The notes beneath the pieces were generated by a model. That model was not told the origin of the DNA and made no database searches. It saw nothing but the letters and a program-made list of their open reading frames with translations. Below, one piece after another: positions 56,309-63,838 of a stretch of DNA of 64,000 nt. The stretch's first letter is position 1, and each line of letters opens with the position of its first letter. The position numbers and the translations under genes were made by a program. This DNA is from Actinomycetes bacterium (GTDB lineage Bacteria; Actinomycetota; Acidimicrobiia; Acidimicrobiales; CADCSY01): positions 129,897-193,896 of the forward strand of contig JANNOZ010000002.1 in the NCBI GenBank assembly GCA_031399525.1. Direction: 5' to 3'.

Positions 56309-56336
56309 ACCCTACCCCCCTATCCCTTCTTGTCAA
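56309..56336 (-). promoter_or_regulatory. candidate cop operon promoter with G-tract box
   Basis: Minus strand: TTGACA (56336-31), a 16-nt spacer, TAGGGT (56314-09). The spacer and -10 carry ATAGGGGGGTAGGGTAT. Confidence 0.55.
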
Positions 56337-56524
56337 CCCCCAGAGCACTGGGCACGCGGTAGCCGCCCGGTAGACACGCCGCCCCGACCGGATTTCCGCA
56401 CCATCGAGAGATGCCTCACCGAAGTGGTCACGTCCGCAATGGGTTCGACCGGATGGACCGCCGTGGCCGAGCCAGGTGGCAGGGTGAGCGGCTGTCGAAC
56501 GATCGAGCGAAAGGCGCCCTGCTG

Positions 56525-56986
56525 ATGAGCCGTCAGATCCAGATCACCTTCGACGCCCACGACCCTGCGGCGCTGTCGTCGTTCTGGCGTGACGTGCTCG
56601 GCTACGTCCATCCCGGCCCGCCCGGCGTCGAGGTGGCCGATGGCGCCGACCCGCTGGCCGCCTGGGACGAGTTCCTCTCCCGCCTCGGCGTACCCGAGGA
56701 TCAGCGCAACGACCGGTCGGCCATCGAAGAACCCGACGGCTCCGGTCCCCGACTGTTCTTCCAGCGGGTGCCGGAGGCCAAGCTGGCCAAGAACCGGGTC
56801 CACCTCGACGTGCGGGCCGCGCCCGGGTTGCAGGGCGACGAGCGCATGGCCGCACTCGAAGCCGAGTGCGAGCGGCTGGTCGCCCTAGGGGCCCGCCGCA
56901 TCCAACGTCACGAGCCGGCGCCACCCATGAGCGCCGGCCACATCGTCATGGCCGACCCCGAAGGCAACGAGTTCTGCCTCGACTGA
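56525..56986 (+). CDS. glyoxalase/VOC-like domain protein
   Basis: ATG 56525 inside ORF 56411..56986. Motifs FDAHDPAALSSFWRDVLGY, NRVHLDV and MADPEGNEFCL. Confidence 0.65.
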   Translation: MSRQIQITFDAHDPAALSSFWRDVLGYVHPGPPGVEVADGADPLAAWDEFLSRLGVPEDQRNDRSAIEEPDGSGPRLFFQRVPEAKLAKNRVHLDVRAAPGLQGDERMAALEAECERLVALGARRIQRHEPAPPMSAGHIVMADPEGNEFCLD

Positions 56987-57017
56987 TGCCGGCCGGCCGC
57001 CGACCTCGCCGGCCGAC

Positions 57018-57088
57018 CTCGGATCAATAGCGTTCGGAACCCGAATGCCATTGATCCGAGAAGGAAACACGACAGCTATTGATCCGAG
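57018..57088 (+). repeat. structured intergenic palindromic element, copy C (71 bp)
   Basis: CTCGGATCAATAGCGTTCGG (57018-37), AAC, CCGAATGCCATTGATCCGAG (57041-60), AAGGAAACA, CGACAGCTATTGATCCGAG (57070-88). Confidence 0.88.
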
Positions 57089-57119
57089 TTTCGGGCGACG
57101 TCACACATGGCTGACGGCG

Positions 57120-57257
57120 TCACTTGGGCGAAAGCGACCCGGCAAAGTCGAGACCGCGCTCCAGCCAGGTGACCAGATCGTCGTCCTCGGCCACGCCGGC
57201 CTCACTCACCAGGAGGACGCCCCGCATCCCGTCTGGTAGGCGTCGGGGCCGACCCTC
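57120..57257 (-). pseudogene. C-terminal remnant of a TfoX N-terminal-domain family gene
   Basis: 45 codons (..LPDGMRGVLLVSEAGVAEDDDLVTWLERGLDFAGSLSPK, then stop) bounded upstream by an in-frame stop at 57258-60. The tail pattern matches TfoX_N proteins as I recall them, and the N-terminal roughly 70 aa are missing. Confidence 0.4.
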
Positions 57258-57303
57258 TCATCGAACACCACCGCCAAAATCTGAGGGGGCCATTTTCGTA
57301 CAC

Positions 57304-57837
57304 CTACCGCTCTAGACGTACGTAATTCAGGCTCCGTCGGATGTCTTTCATGAGGAGGAAGAGGTGGAGCTCGTCGGTGGGTGACGCCTCGATCTCGGGC
57401 ACGAGGTGCCAGTAGAAGTCGCCAACCTCGGTGGTCTCGGCATGGACCAGCAGGCCTCGACAGCCGATCTCCTCGCCGAGTGCGAGCGTCCTGGCGATGA
57501 CGTCCTGGAACAGACCGGCCCCCAGACCCCGGCCCTCGTGGTCCACATCCACGCCGAGACGAGCGAGCAGGGCAACGGGCTGGGGGTAGCGGCCGGCGCC
57601 CTTGCGCATCCGGGCCGGCGCGTCGGCCAGCGAGATGCTGGCCATGCACCAGGCGTAGTACGCCACCACCACGTCGGAGTCGACCTCGGTCACCACCAGC
57701 ACCCGTGTCGTGCCTGTGCCAGCCGAGGTGCGGGCGTGTCGACGAAGCCATTCGGTCTGCTCGACCGACCGGCACTCGAACTCATCGAGCGTGTGGCTAG
57801 GGTCGAGGACCCGTGGTGCTCGGTAGGTGCGGGTCAC
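57304..57837 (-). CDS. GNAT-family acetyltransferase toxin (TacT/KacT-like)
   Basis: GTG 57837 overlaps the antitoxin stop (GTGA). FECRSVEQTEWLRRHA and acetyl-CoA motif VDHEGRGLGAGL. 177 aa. Confidence 0.78.
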   Translation of the reverse strand: MTRTYRAPRVLDPSHTLDEFECRSVEQTEWLRRHARTSAGTGTTRVLVVTEVDSDVVVAYYAWCMASISLADAPARMRKGAGRYPQPVALLARLGVDVDHEGRGLGAGLFQDVIARTLALGEEIGCRGLLVHAETTEVGDFYWHLVPEIEASPTDELHLFLLMKDIRRSLNYVRLER

Positions 57838-58115
57838 TCCGCGGTGAACGGGGACGGACGCTCCATCAGACGACGCAGTCCGGGAAGGTCCCGGGGCCGG
57901 CGACGATTGACCGCGTCCCAAGCCTCCGCGGCCTCCGCATCGAGCACGAAGTCGCTTCGATCGGCCAGCACTCGTTGCGCTGCCACCGTGAGGTTGGACA
58001 CGACGAACTCCGTCAGGTCGGTCCCCTGCTCGGCCACGGCCCGATCGATCAGCGACCGCTCGTCCCTGGTCGTCCTCACCTCGAGCCGCTCGCTCCGTGT
58101 CCGGATCGTCGCCAT
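57834..58115 (-). CDS. DUF1778 (TacA-like) antitoxin
   Basis: ATG 58115 after GGAGGAGG. RLEVRTTRDERSLIDRAVAEQGTDLTEFV pattern. Confidence 0.8.
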   Translation of the reverse strand: MATIRTRSERLEVRTTRDERSLIDRAVAEQGTDLTEFVVSNLTVAAQRVLADRSDFVLDAEAAEAWDAVNRRRPRDLPGLRRLMERPSPFTAE

Positions 58116-58139
58116 CACCCACCTCCTCCGTGTCCGGCC

Positions 58140-58178
58140 ATTGTACGGCCATGCCCCGTGGGTCACAATCGTGTGACC
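58140..58178 (-). promoter_or_regulatory. candidate TA promoter (TTGTGA-17-TACAAT) with overlapping palindrome GGTCACA-ATCG-TGTGACC
   Basis: Minus strand: -10 TACAAT at 58145-40 and -35 TTGTGA at 58168-63. Perfect 7-bp inverted repeat at 58161-78. Confidence 0.55.
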
Positions 58179-58204
58179 GACCGACCTCCACCGAGGGAGC
58201 CGCC

Positions 58205-58846
58205 TTGTCTCGTGTCCGGGTGCACAACTTCTCGATCTCGCTCGACGGGTTCGCCACCGGCGAGGGGCTCTCCCTCGACGCCCCGTTCGGCCACGCCGGC
58301 CAACGGCTCCACCAGTGGATGATCGCCACCCGGTTCGGCCGCCAGGAAGTCCTCGGCCAGCCGGGCGGCACCGAGGGGGTCGACCACGTGCTGGCCGCCC
58401 AACACGGTCCCGGGATCGGCGCCGAGATCATGGGCGCCGGCAAGTTCGGCCCGCCCGGCTGGCAGGACGACCCCGAGTGGCGCGGGTGGTGGGGCGACAA
58501 CCCGCCGTTCCACACGCCGACCTACGTCCTGACCCATCGACCCCGCCCGGCGCTGGAGATGGAAGGCGGGACGACGTTCCACTTCCTCGACGCCCCGCCC
58601 GCGGACGCACTCGAGGTGGCCCAGGTCGCCGCTGCGGGCCAAGACGTCCGCATCGGCGGGGGCCCAATCATGCTGCGGGCGTTCCTGGCCGCCGGGCTGG
58701 TCGACCATCTCCACGTCGTGCAGGTGCCGATCGTGCTCGGCCGCGGAGTTCGGCTGTGGGACGGCCTCGAGGGGATGGACCAGCAGTACGAGGTCGAGGT
58801 CGTATCGACGCCGAGCGGCGTCACCCACTTCACCTTCACCCGCTGA
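58205..58846 (+). CDS. dihydrofolate reductase family protein (RibD C-terminal domain), second copy
   Basis: TTG 58205 after GAGGGAG (alternative ATG 58151). Motifs RVHNFSISLDGF and VRIGGGPIMLRAFLAAGLVD. Confidence 0.7.
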   Translation: MSRVRVHNFSISLDGFATGEGLSLDAPFGHAGQRLHQWMIATRFGRQEVLGQPGGTEGVDHVLAAQHGPGIGAEIMGAGKFGPPGWQDDPEWRGWWGDNPPFHTPTYVLTHRPRPALEMEGGTTFHFLDAPPADALEVAQVAAAGQDVRIGGGPIMLRAFLAAGLVDHLHVVQVPIVLGRGVRLWDGLEGMDQQYEVEVVSTPSGVTHFTFTR

Positions 58847-58869
58847 CGAGATCGACGAAGATCAGGGGG

Positions 58870-61089
58870 ATGCGCCGACAGCTGTTCGCGATCGGATCAC
58901 TCGGGTGCGCCGTCCTGCTCGCGATCGTCGTCGTGGTGTTCGCCGTCACGCACCTCGTGCTGCTGGTCGTGGCGATGGTCGGGCTCGTCGTCGTGTCGGC
59001 GGGTGCGTGGTGGGCGGTGACCGAGACGCCCCCTCGTCGGACGGTCGGCATCGCCGGTGTCGTGCTGGGTGCCCTCCTGATCGCGATTGCCGTCGTGAAC
59101 CAAACCCCCGCTGGCGACCGACCTCTTGTCCGTCTGGCGGTGGTGTTCGTGCTGCTCGCTGCCATGGTCGGCTTCGGGCGCGCCGCGCTGGTTCATGACC
59201 TCCGCGAGTTCGACGCCTCGCGGCCAGTGGCCACGCACCCGCCCCGGCACCCGGTCCTGTTGTGCAACCCGTGGTCGGGCGGCGGCAAGGTCGAGAAGTT
59301 CGGCCTGGTAGAACTGGCCGAGAGCCTCGGCGTCGAGGTCGTCATGCTCGCCGAGGGCCTCGATCTCGAGCAGCTGGCCCGGGATGCAGTGGCACGGGGG
59401 GCTGACTGCCTGGGCATGGCGGGCGGCGATGGTTCCCAGGCGCTGGTGGCGTCGATCGCCATCGAGCACGACCTCCCGTTCGTGCTGGTCTCGGCCGGAA
59501 CCCGCAACCACTTCGCCCTCGACCTCGGAATCGACCGCGACGACCCACGGCTGAGCGTGCAGGCGTTCCGGGACGCGGTCGAACGGCGAATCGACTACGC
59601 CACGGTCGGCGATCGACTCTTCGTCAACAACGTGTCGCTGGGGGTCTACGCCACGATCGTGCAGCAGGACGGCTACCGCGAGGCCAAGCAAGAGACGACC
59701 AAGGCGCTGTTGCCGGAGATGCTCGGTCGCACCGATGCGCCGTTCGATCTGCAGTTCACCGAGCCCGGTGTCGGGGAAGTCGACGGCGCCTTCCTCATCC
59801 AGGTGTCGAACAACCCCTACGTGCTGGGTGCCACCTTCGACGTCTCTCAGCGGCGTCGTCTCGACTCGGGCACGCTCGGCGTCGTTGCCATCACGGCGAA
59901 GACAGGCGCAGAAGCGGCCTCGGTGGTCGCCCTCTCGGCGCTCGGCCAACGCCGCCGGAGCCGCCACTGGCACGAGTTCGTGACCGAGCGATTCGAGGTG
60001 CGGTCCCGCTCGGGCAAAGCGTTCGTCGGCATCGACGGTGAGGCGCTCGAGCTCGACACGCCGTTGGACTTCCAGATCCATCCGAGGGGTCTGCGACTCC
60101 TCGTCCCCGAAGGGAACCTCACCGAAGCCGAGCGCCGGCGAGCCCGCAAGGTCTCGGTCGGCGATCTCCTGGCCGTCGCCCGAGGTCAACTCCGGGAGAA
60201 TCGACGCAGTGAGCGACACAAACGACTCAGCGCCGGCCAGATCCCTGCAACGTTGGGTGCCGGGGATCGGCCTCGTGCGCCAGTACCAGCCGGCGTGGTT
60301 GCGGTTCGATCTGATCGCCGGCGTCGTCCTGGCCGCCATCCTCGTGCCCCAGGGAATGGCCTACGCCGAACTGGCAGGACTCCCGGCGGTCACCGGGCTC
60401 TACACAACGGTCGCCTGCCTCGTCGGCTACGCGATCTTCGGACCGTCGCGGGTCCTCGTGCTCGGCCCCGACTCGTCGGTGTCACCGCTGATCTTCGCCG
60501 CGATCGCACCCCTGGTCCTGGCCGGAGACGACCCGGCCACGGCCATCGCGCTGGCGGGGATGATGGCCGTGATGGTCGGTCTCATCGAGATCGGCCTGGG
60601 GCTGGGCAAGCTCGGCTTCGTCGCCGACCTCCTCTCCAAGGAGGTCCAGGTCGGCTACATGAATGGCCTGGGCATCACCATCATCGTCGGACAGCTCCCG
60701 AAGCTGTTCGGCTTCTCGACCGATGCCGATGGCTTCCTCGACGAGATCCGCCAGTTCCTCACCAACCTGGACGACACCAACCGCACCGCGCTCGTCCTCG
60801 GCGTCGCCGTGCTCGCCCTCTTGCTGGTGCTGCCCCGCATCACCACGCGGATCCCTGCGGTGCTCGTCGCGGTTATCGGGGCCACCGTCATCTCGGCCGC
60901 GTTCGGCCTGGCCGCCGAGGGCGTGAAGGTGACCGGTCCCCTCCCGCAGGGCGTGCCCACACCGTCGGTGCCGTGGACCAGCGTGGCCGACCTCGGCCCG
61001 CTGTTCATCGCCGCCCTCGGTATCACCCTCGTGTCGTTGACCGACACCATCGCCACCGCCACTGCGTTCGCGGCCCGACGCGGCGATGA
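58870..61089 (+). CDS. membrane-anchored diacylglycerol-kinase-family lipid kinase; 3' end anomalous
   Basis: ATG 58870. About four N-terminal TM helices, then the DAGK catalytic domain (LLCNPWSGGGK, MAGGDGSQALVA). Recognisable sequence ends near 60200, but the first in-frame stop is 61087-89, 880 nt into sulP. Confidence 0.6.
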   Translation: MRRQLFAIGSLGCAVLLAIVVVVFAVTHLVLLVVAMVGLVVVSAGAWWAVTETPPRRTVGIAGVVLGALLIAIAVVNQTPAGDRPLVRLAVVFVLLAAMVGFGRAALVHDLREFDASRPVATHPPRHPVLLCNPWSGGGKVEKFGLVELAESLGVEVVMLAEGLDLEQLARDAVARGADCLGMAGGDGSQALVASIAIEHDLPFVLVSAGTRNHFALDLGIDRDDPRLSVQAFRDAVERRIDYATVGDRLFVNNVSLGVYATIVQQDGYREAKQETTKALLPEMLGRTDAPFDLQFTEPGVGEVDGAFLIQVSNNPYVLGATFDVSQRRRLDSGTLGVVAITAKTGAEAASVVALSALGQRRRSRHWHEFVTERFEVRSRSGKAFVGIDGEALELDTPLDFQIHPRGLRLLVPEGNLTEAERRRARKVSVGDLLAVARGQLRENRRSERHKRLSAGQIPATLGAGDRPRAPVPAGVVAVRSDRRRRPGRHPRAPGNGLRRTGRTPGGHRALHNGRLPRRLRDLRTVAGPRARPRLVGVTADLRRDRTPGPGRRRPGHGHRAGGDDGRDGRSHRDRPGAGQARLRRRPPLQGGPGRLHEWPGHHHHRRTAPEAVRLLDRCRWLPRRDPPVPHQPGRHQPHRARPRRRRARPLAGAAPHHHADPCGARRGYRGHRHLGRVRPGRRGREGDRSPPAGRAHTVGAVDQRGRPRPAVHRRPRYHPRVVDRHHRHRHCVRGPTRR

Positions 61090-61924
61090 GATCGACCCCG
61101 ACCAGGAGATGGTCGGCATGGGCGCCTCGAACATCGCCGCCGGGTTCTTCCAGGGGTTCGCCATCTCCACCAGCGGGTCTCGCACGGCGGTGGCCGAACA
61201 GGCCGGAGCCAAGAGCCAAGTCACCGGCCTGGTCGGTGCCGGCGTCGTCGTACTGCTACTGCTCGTCTTCAACTCGCTGCTGGCCGACCTGCCGCAGACC
61301 GCGCTGGCGGCAGTCGTGATCGCCGCGGCCCTCTCACTCATCGACATCCCCGCGCTACGCCGATACGCGCAGGTTCGTCGCTCGGCGTTGGTTCTCTCCC
61401 TGGTCGCGACGGCCGGCGTGATGCTCTTCGGCGTCCTCCAGGGCATCGTGATCGCCGTCATCTTGTCGATCCTCTACTTCTTCCAACAGAGCTGGAAGCC
61501 CGAGGGTGCCGTGCTCGGCCGCGACGACGACTTCGAGGGGTGGCACAGCATCGACGACTTCCCCGATGCCACCGAAGCCGACGGCATCGTCATCTACCGC
61601 TGGGAAGCCCCCCTCTTCTTCGCCAACGCCGGGATCTTCATGGAGGCGGTCCGCGACCTGGTCAAGGCCCGACACCCTCGTTGGGTGGTCCTGCAGTGCG
61701 AGGCGATCACCGACATCGACGTCACCGCGGCCGACATGCTCGAACGCCTCGACCTCGAGCTCAACCTCCAGGGCGTGCACCTCGCCTTCGTCGAGCTCCG
61801 AGGCCGCCTGCGCGAGCTCATCGTCGACTACGGCCTCCACGACACCCTCGACAGCGAGCACTTCTATCCGAGCATCGAGACCGCCCTGGCCGACATCGCC
61901 CGGCTCGACGCCGACGAGTCGTGA
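60209..61924 (+). CDS. SulP family anion transporter with STAS domain (second copy)
   Basis: GTG 60209 inside ORF 60038..61924. Motifs DLIAGVVLAAILVPQGMAYAELAG and a C-terminal STAS domain. Confidence 0.9.
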   Translation: MSDTNDSAPARSLQRWVPGIGLVRQYQPAWLRFDLIAGVVLAAILVPQGMAYAELAGLPAVTGLYTTVACLVGYAIFGPSRVLVLGPDSSVSPLIFAAIAPLVLAGDDPATAIALAGMMAVMVGLIEIGLGLGKLGFVADLLSKEVQVGYMNGLGITIIVGQLPKLFGFSTDADGFLDEIRQFLTNLDDTNRTALVLGVAVLALLLVLPRITTRIPAVLVAVIGATVISAAFGLAAEGVKVTGPLPQGVPTPSVPWTSVADLGPLFIAALGITLVSLTDTIATATAFAARRGDEIDPDQEMVGMGASNIAAGFFQGFAISTSGSRTAVAEQAGAKSQVTGLVGAGVVVLLLLVFNSLLADLPQTALAAVVIAAALSLIDIPALRRYAQVRRSALVLSLVATAGVMLFGVLQGIVIAVILSILYFFQQSWKPEGAVLGRDDDFEGWHSIDDFPDATEADGIVIYRWEAPLFFANAGIFMEAVRDLVKARHPRWVVLQCEAITDIDVTAADMLERLDLELNLQGVHLAFVELRGRLRELIVDYGLHDTLDSEHFYPSIETALADIARLDADES

Positions 61925-61944
61925 GGGCTTACGGCCGCAAGCCC
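61925..61944 (+). terminator. short hairpin right after the sulP stop
   Basis: GGGCTT / loop ACGGCCGC / AAGCCC, between convergent genes. No U-tract. Confidence 0.3.
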
Positions 61945-61961
61945 GACGCCCGGAGGAACGC

Positions 61962-62369
61962 TCAGTTCGACTTGGAGACGGTGACGTCTCGGCCGTGCGC
62001 GGTGAGGGCCCAGATCACTGCCACGTCAATGGCGATGACGATGATGGACCAGACCGGGTAGTACGGCAGCCACATGAAGTTGGCGATGGCGCTGACGGCT
62101 GCGGCAAACACGCCGACCGTGCGAGCGAGCACGTTGCCCGAGAGAATCCCGACGCCGGCGAGCAGGACGGCGATGCCCACTAGGAGGTGGATCCATCCCC
62201 AGGTCGTGACGTCGAAGTCGAAGACCCACTCGGCGCCAACGACGTAGAACTCGTCCTTGGCGAGGGCGACGATGCCCACGATGATCCCGAAGGCCCCCGA
62301 GATCATCAACATGATGCTGGCGAAGGTGGTCCAACCCACGGCCCATTCGCTCCGGTCCTGTACGTCCAT
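61962..62369 (-). CDS. four-helix membrane protein (DUF7144-like)
   Basis: Motifs WTTFASIMLMISGAFGIIVGIVAL and WGWIHLLVGIAVLLAG. Family call from memory. Confidence 0.5.
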   Translation of the reverse strand: MDVQDRSEWAVGWTTFASIMLMISGAFGIIVGIVALAKDEFYVVGAEWVFDFDVTTWGWIHLLVGIAVLLAGVGILSGNVLARTVGVFAAAVSAIANFMWLPYYPVWSIIVIAIDVAVIWALTAHGRDVTVSKSN

Positions 62370-62591
62370 CCCTGCTCCCCCTGTGGTCGGTGGTCCCCCG
62401 AGACCAACTCAGTGCGTGCCCGACACCCTAAGTGCACGGACTCCCTCGGGCGGGTACCTCGGCAGAGGCGGCGTCATCGGGTGGCTCGGTGGCGGCGTTC
62501 GATGACGAGCTGCACGAGGCGCAGCTTCAGCGGGCGATCATGGCCGAGGCATCCGTTGACGACTGCGCCGGGTCGCGGCGAGGGTTTCGGA

Positions 62592-63167
62592 ATGGCGATC
62601 GAGATACGACCAGCAACCGTGTTCGAGGACGTCAAGGACGTGCTCGGTCCCAAGCGGCCCGACGCCAATGTCTGCTGGTGCCTCAGCTATCGGCTCACCT
62701 CCTCCAAGGAGAACCAACAACTCGTCGGCACCGCTCGCGGCGAGCGAGTGAGGCAGCTCGTCGACCAGACGCCCCCGCCTGGAGTGCTCGCCTACGACGA
62801 CGGTGAAGTGGTCGGCTGGGCGGCGGTGCACCCCCGGGCCGACACGAGTTTCGCCCGCAACCGGAAAATCCCGCACGTCGACGACGTCGACGTCTGGTCG
62901 GTCTGGTGCATCCGCGTGCGTCCCGGGCACCGCAAAGCCGGTATCTCACACCACCTGCTCGCCGGCGCCGTCGCGTTCGCTCGTGAGAACGGCGCCGTCG
63001 CCATCGAGGGCTACCCCGTCGACAACAACAACGAGAAGGTCGACACCACCATGGCCTACGTCGGCACCAAGGCCTTGTTCGAGAAGGCAGGCTTCGTGAA
63101 GGCGGCCGACACCGATTCGGTGCTTGCCGGCTTCCCGCGCGTCCTCATGCGACTCGACCTCCGCTGA
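62592..63167 (+). CDS. GNAT family N-acetyltransferase
   Basis: ATG 62592 inside ORF 62187..63167. Motif IRVRPGHRKAGISHHLL. 191 aa. Confidence 0.7.
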   Translation: MAIEIRPATVFEDVKDVLGPKRPDANVCWCLSYRLTSSKENQQLVGTARGERVRQLVDQTPPPGVLAYDDGEVVGWAAVHPRADTSFARNRKIPHVDDVDVWSVWCIRVRPGHRKAGISHHLLAGAVAFARENGAVAIEGYPVDNNNEKVDTTMAYVGTKALFEKAGFVKAADTDSVLAGFPRVLMRLDLR

Positions 63168-63183
63168 GCGAGGGGTCGTCGGT

Positions 63184-63429
63184 ATGACGAAGTATGATGA
63201 CCAGATGACCGTCGAACGCCTCACCGTCTCGATCGAATCGGAACTCGCTCGGGCCGTCCGTGACGCCGCCGACACCGACGGACAGAACGTGTCTGCATGG
63301 GTCGCCGACGCCGCCCGCCGCCAGCTCGCCGCCCGCGGCCTTCGCGACGTCGTCGCCACTTGGGAACGCGAACACGGAGCCTTCAGCGCTGAAGAACTTG
63401 CGGCCGCCCGCTCCCTTGTCGAGGGATGA
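63184..63429 (+). CDS. ribbon-helix-helix (CopG/VapB-like) antitoxin
   Basis: ATG 63184 inside ORF 63124..63429. N-terminal RHH strand ERLTVSIESELARAVRDAA. Confidence 0.6.
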   Translation: MTKYDDQMTVERLTVSIESELARAVRDAADTDGQNVSAWVADAARRQLAARGLRDVVATWEREHGAFSAEELAAARSLVEG

Positions 63430-63821
63430 CCACGCTCGTCCTTGATGCCGGCGCGCTGATCGCGCTGGATCGCAACGACCGCACGGTCTGGGCCATGCTC
63501 CGGAACGCCGCTGATGACGCCGCCGACGTGTCCGTGCCCGCGGGCGTCATCGCCCAGGCCTGGCGCGACGGAAGCCGCCAAGCACTCCTCGCCCGAGCAC
63601 TCACCCACTGCGACGAGGTCTCTCTCGATGGGGCGCTGGCCCGAGCCACCGGACTGTTGTGCGGACGCGCCCAGACCACCGACATCGTCGACGCCTCCAT
63701 CGCCCTGATCGCGGCCGCTCGATCACACACCGGACCGACCGCCCTCGTCACCTCCGACCCGACCGACCTCCGGCACCTGCTCGAGATGTTCGGGGCATCA
63801 GTCCGCCTGGTTGCCATCTGA
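63426..63821 (+). CDS. PIN-domain toxin (VapC-like)
   Basis: ATGA overlap with the antitoxin gene. Acidic residues LVLDAGALIALD, DIVDASIALIA and VTSDPTD. Confidence 0.72.
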   Translation: MTTLVLDAGALIALDRNDRTVWAMLRNAADDAADVSVPAGVIAQAWRDGSRQALLARALTHCDEVSLDGALARATGLLCGRAQTTDIVDASIALIAAARSHTGPTALVTSDPTDLRHLLEMFGASVRLVAI

Positions 63822-63838
63822 CCGCACCCGGGTCGTGC

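Noticed and set aside
56309-56325. Canonical palindromic CsoR operator in the cop promoter
   Set aside because: The box ATAGGGGGGTAGGGTAT is not self-complementary. I keep it only as a candidate asymmetric site (see findings).
58315-58869. 5' part of the 924-aa ORF 58315..61089, and the antisense ORF 58897..60339
   Set aside because: The 58315-58869 part overlaps the DHFR-like gene in another frame and is Arg/Pro-rich. The real kinase starts at ATG 58870 with hydrophobic helices. The 480-aa antisense ORF has no motifs.
62432-62806. 124-aa plus-strand ORF in the 222-nt gap upstream of the GNAT gene
   Set aside because: It runs out of frame into the well-supported GNAT gene, and its second half is Arg-rich nonsense. 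Only a short AAFDDELHEAQLQRAIMAEASVDD stretch looks protein-like.
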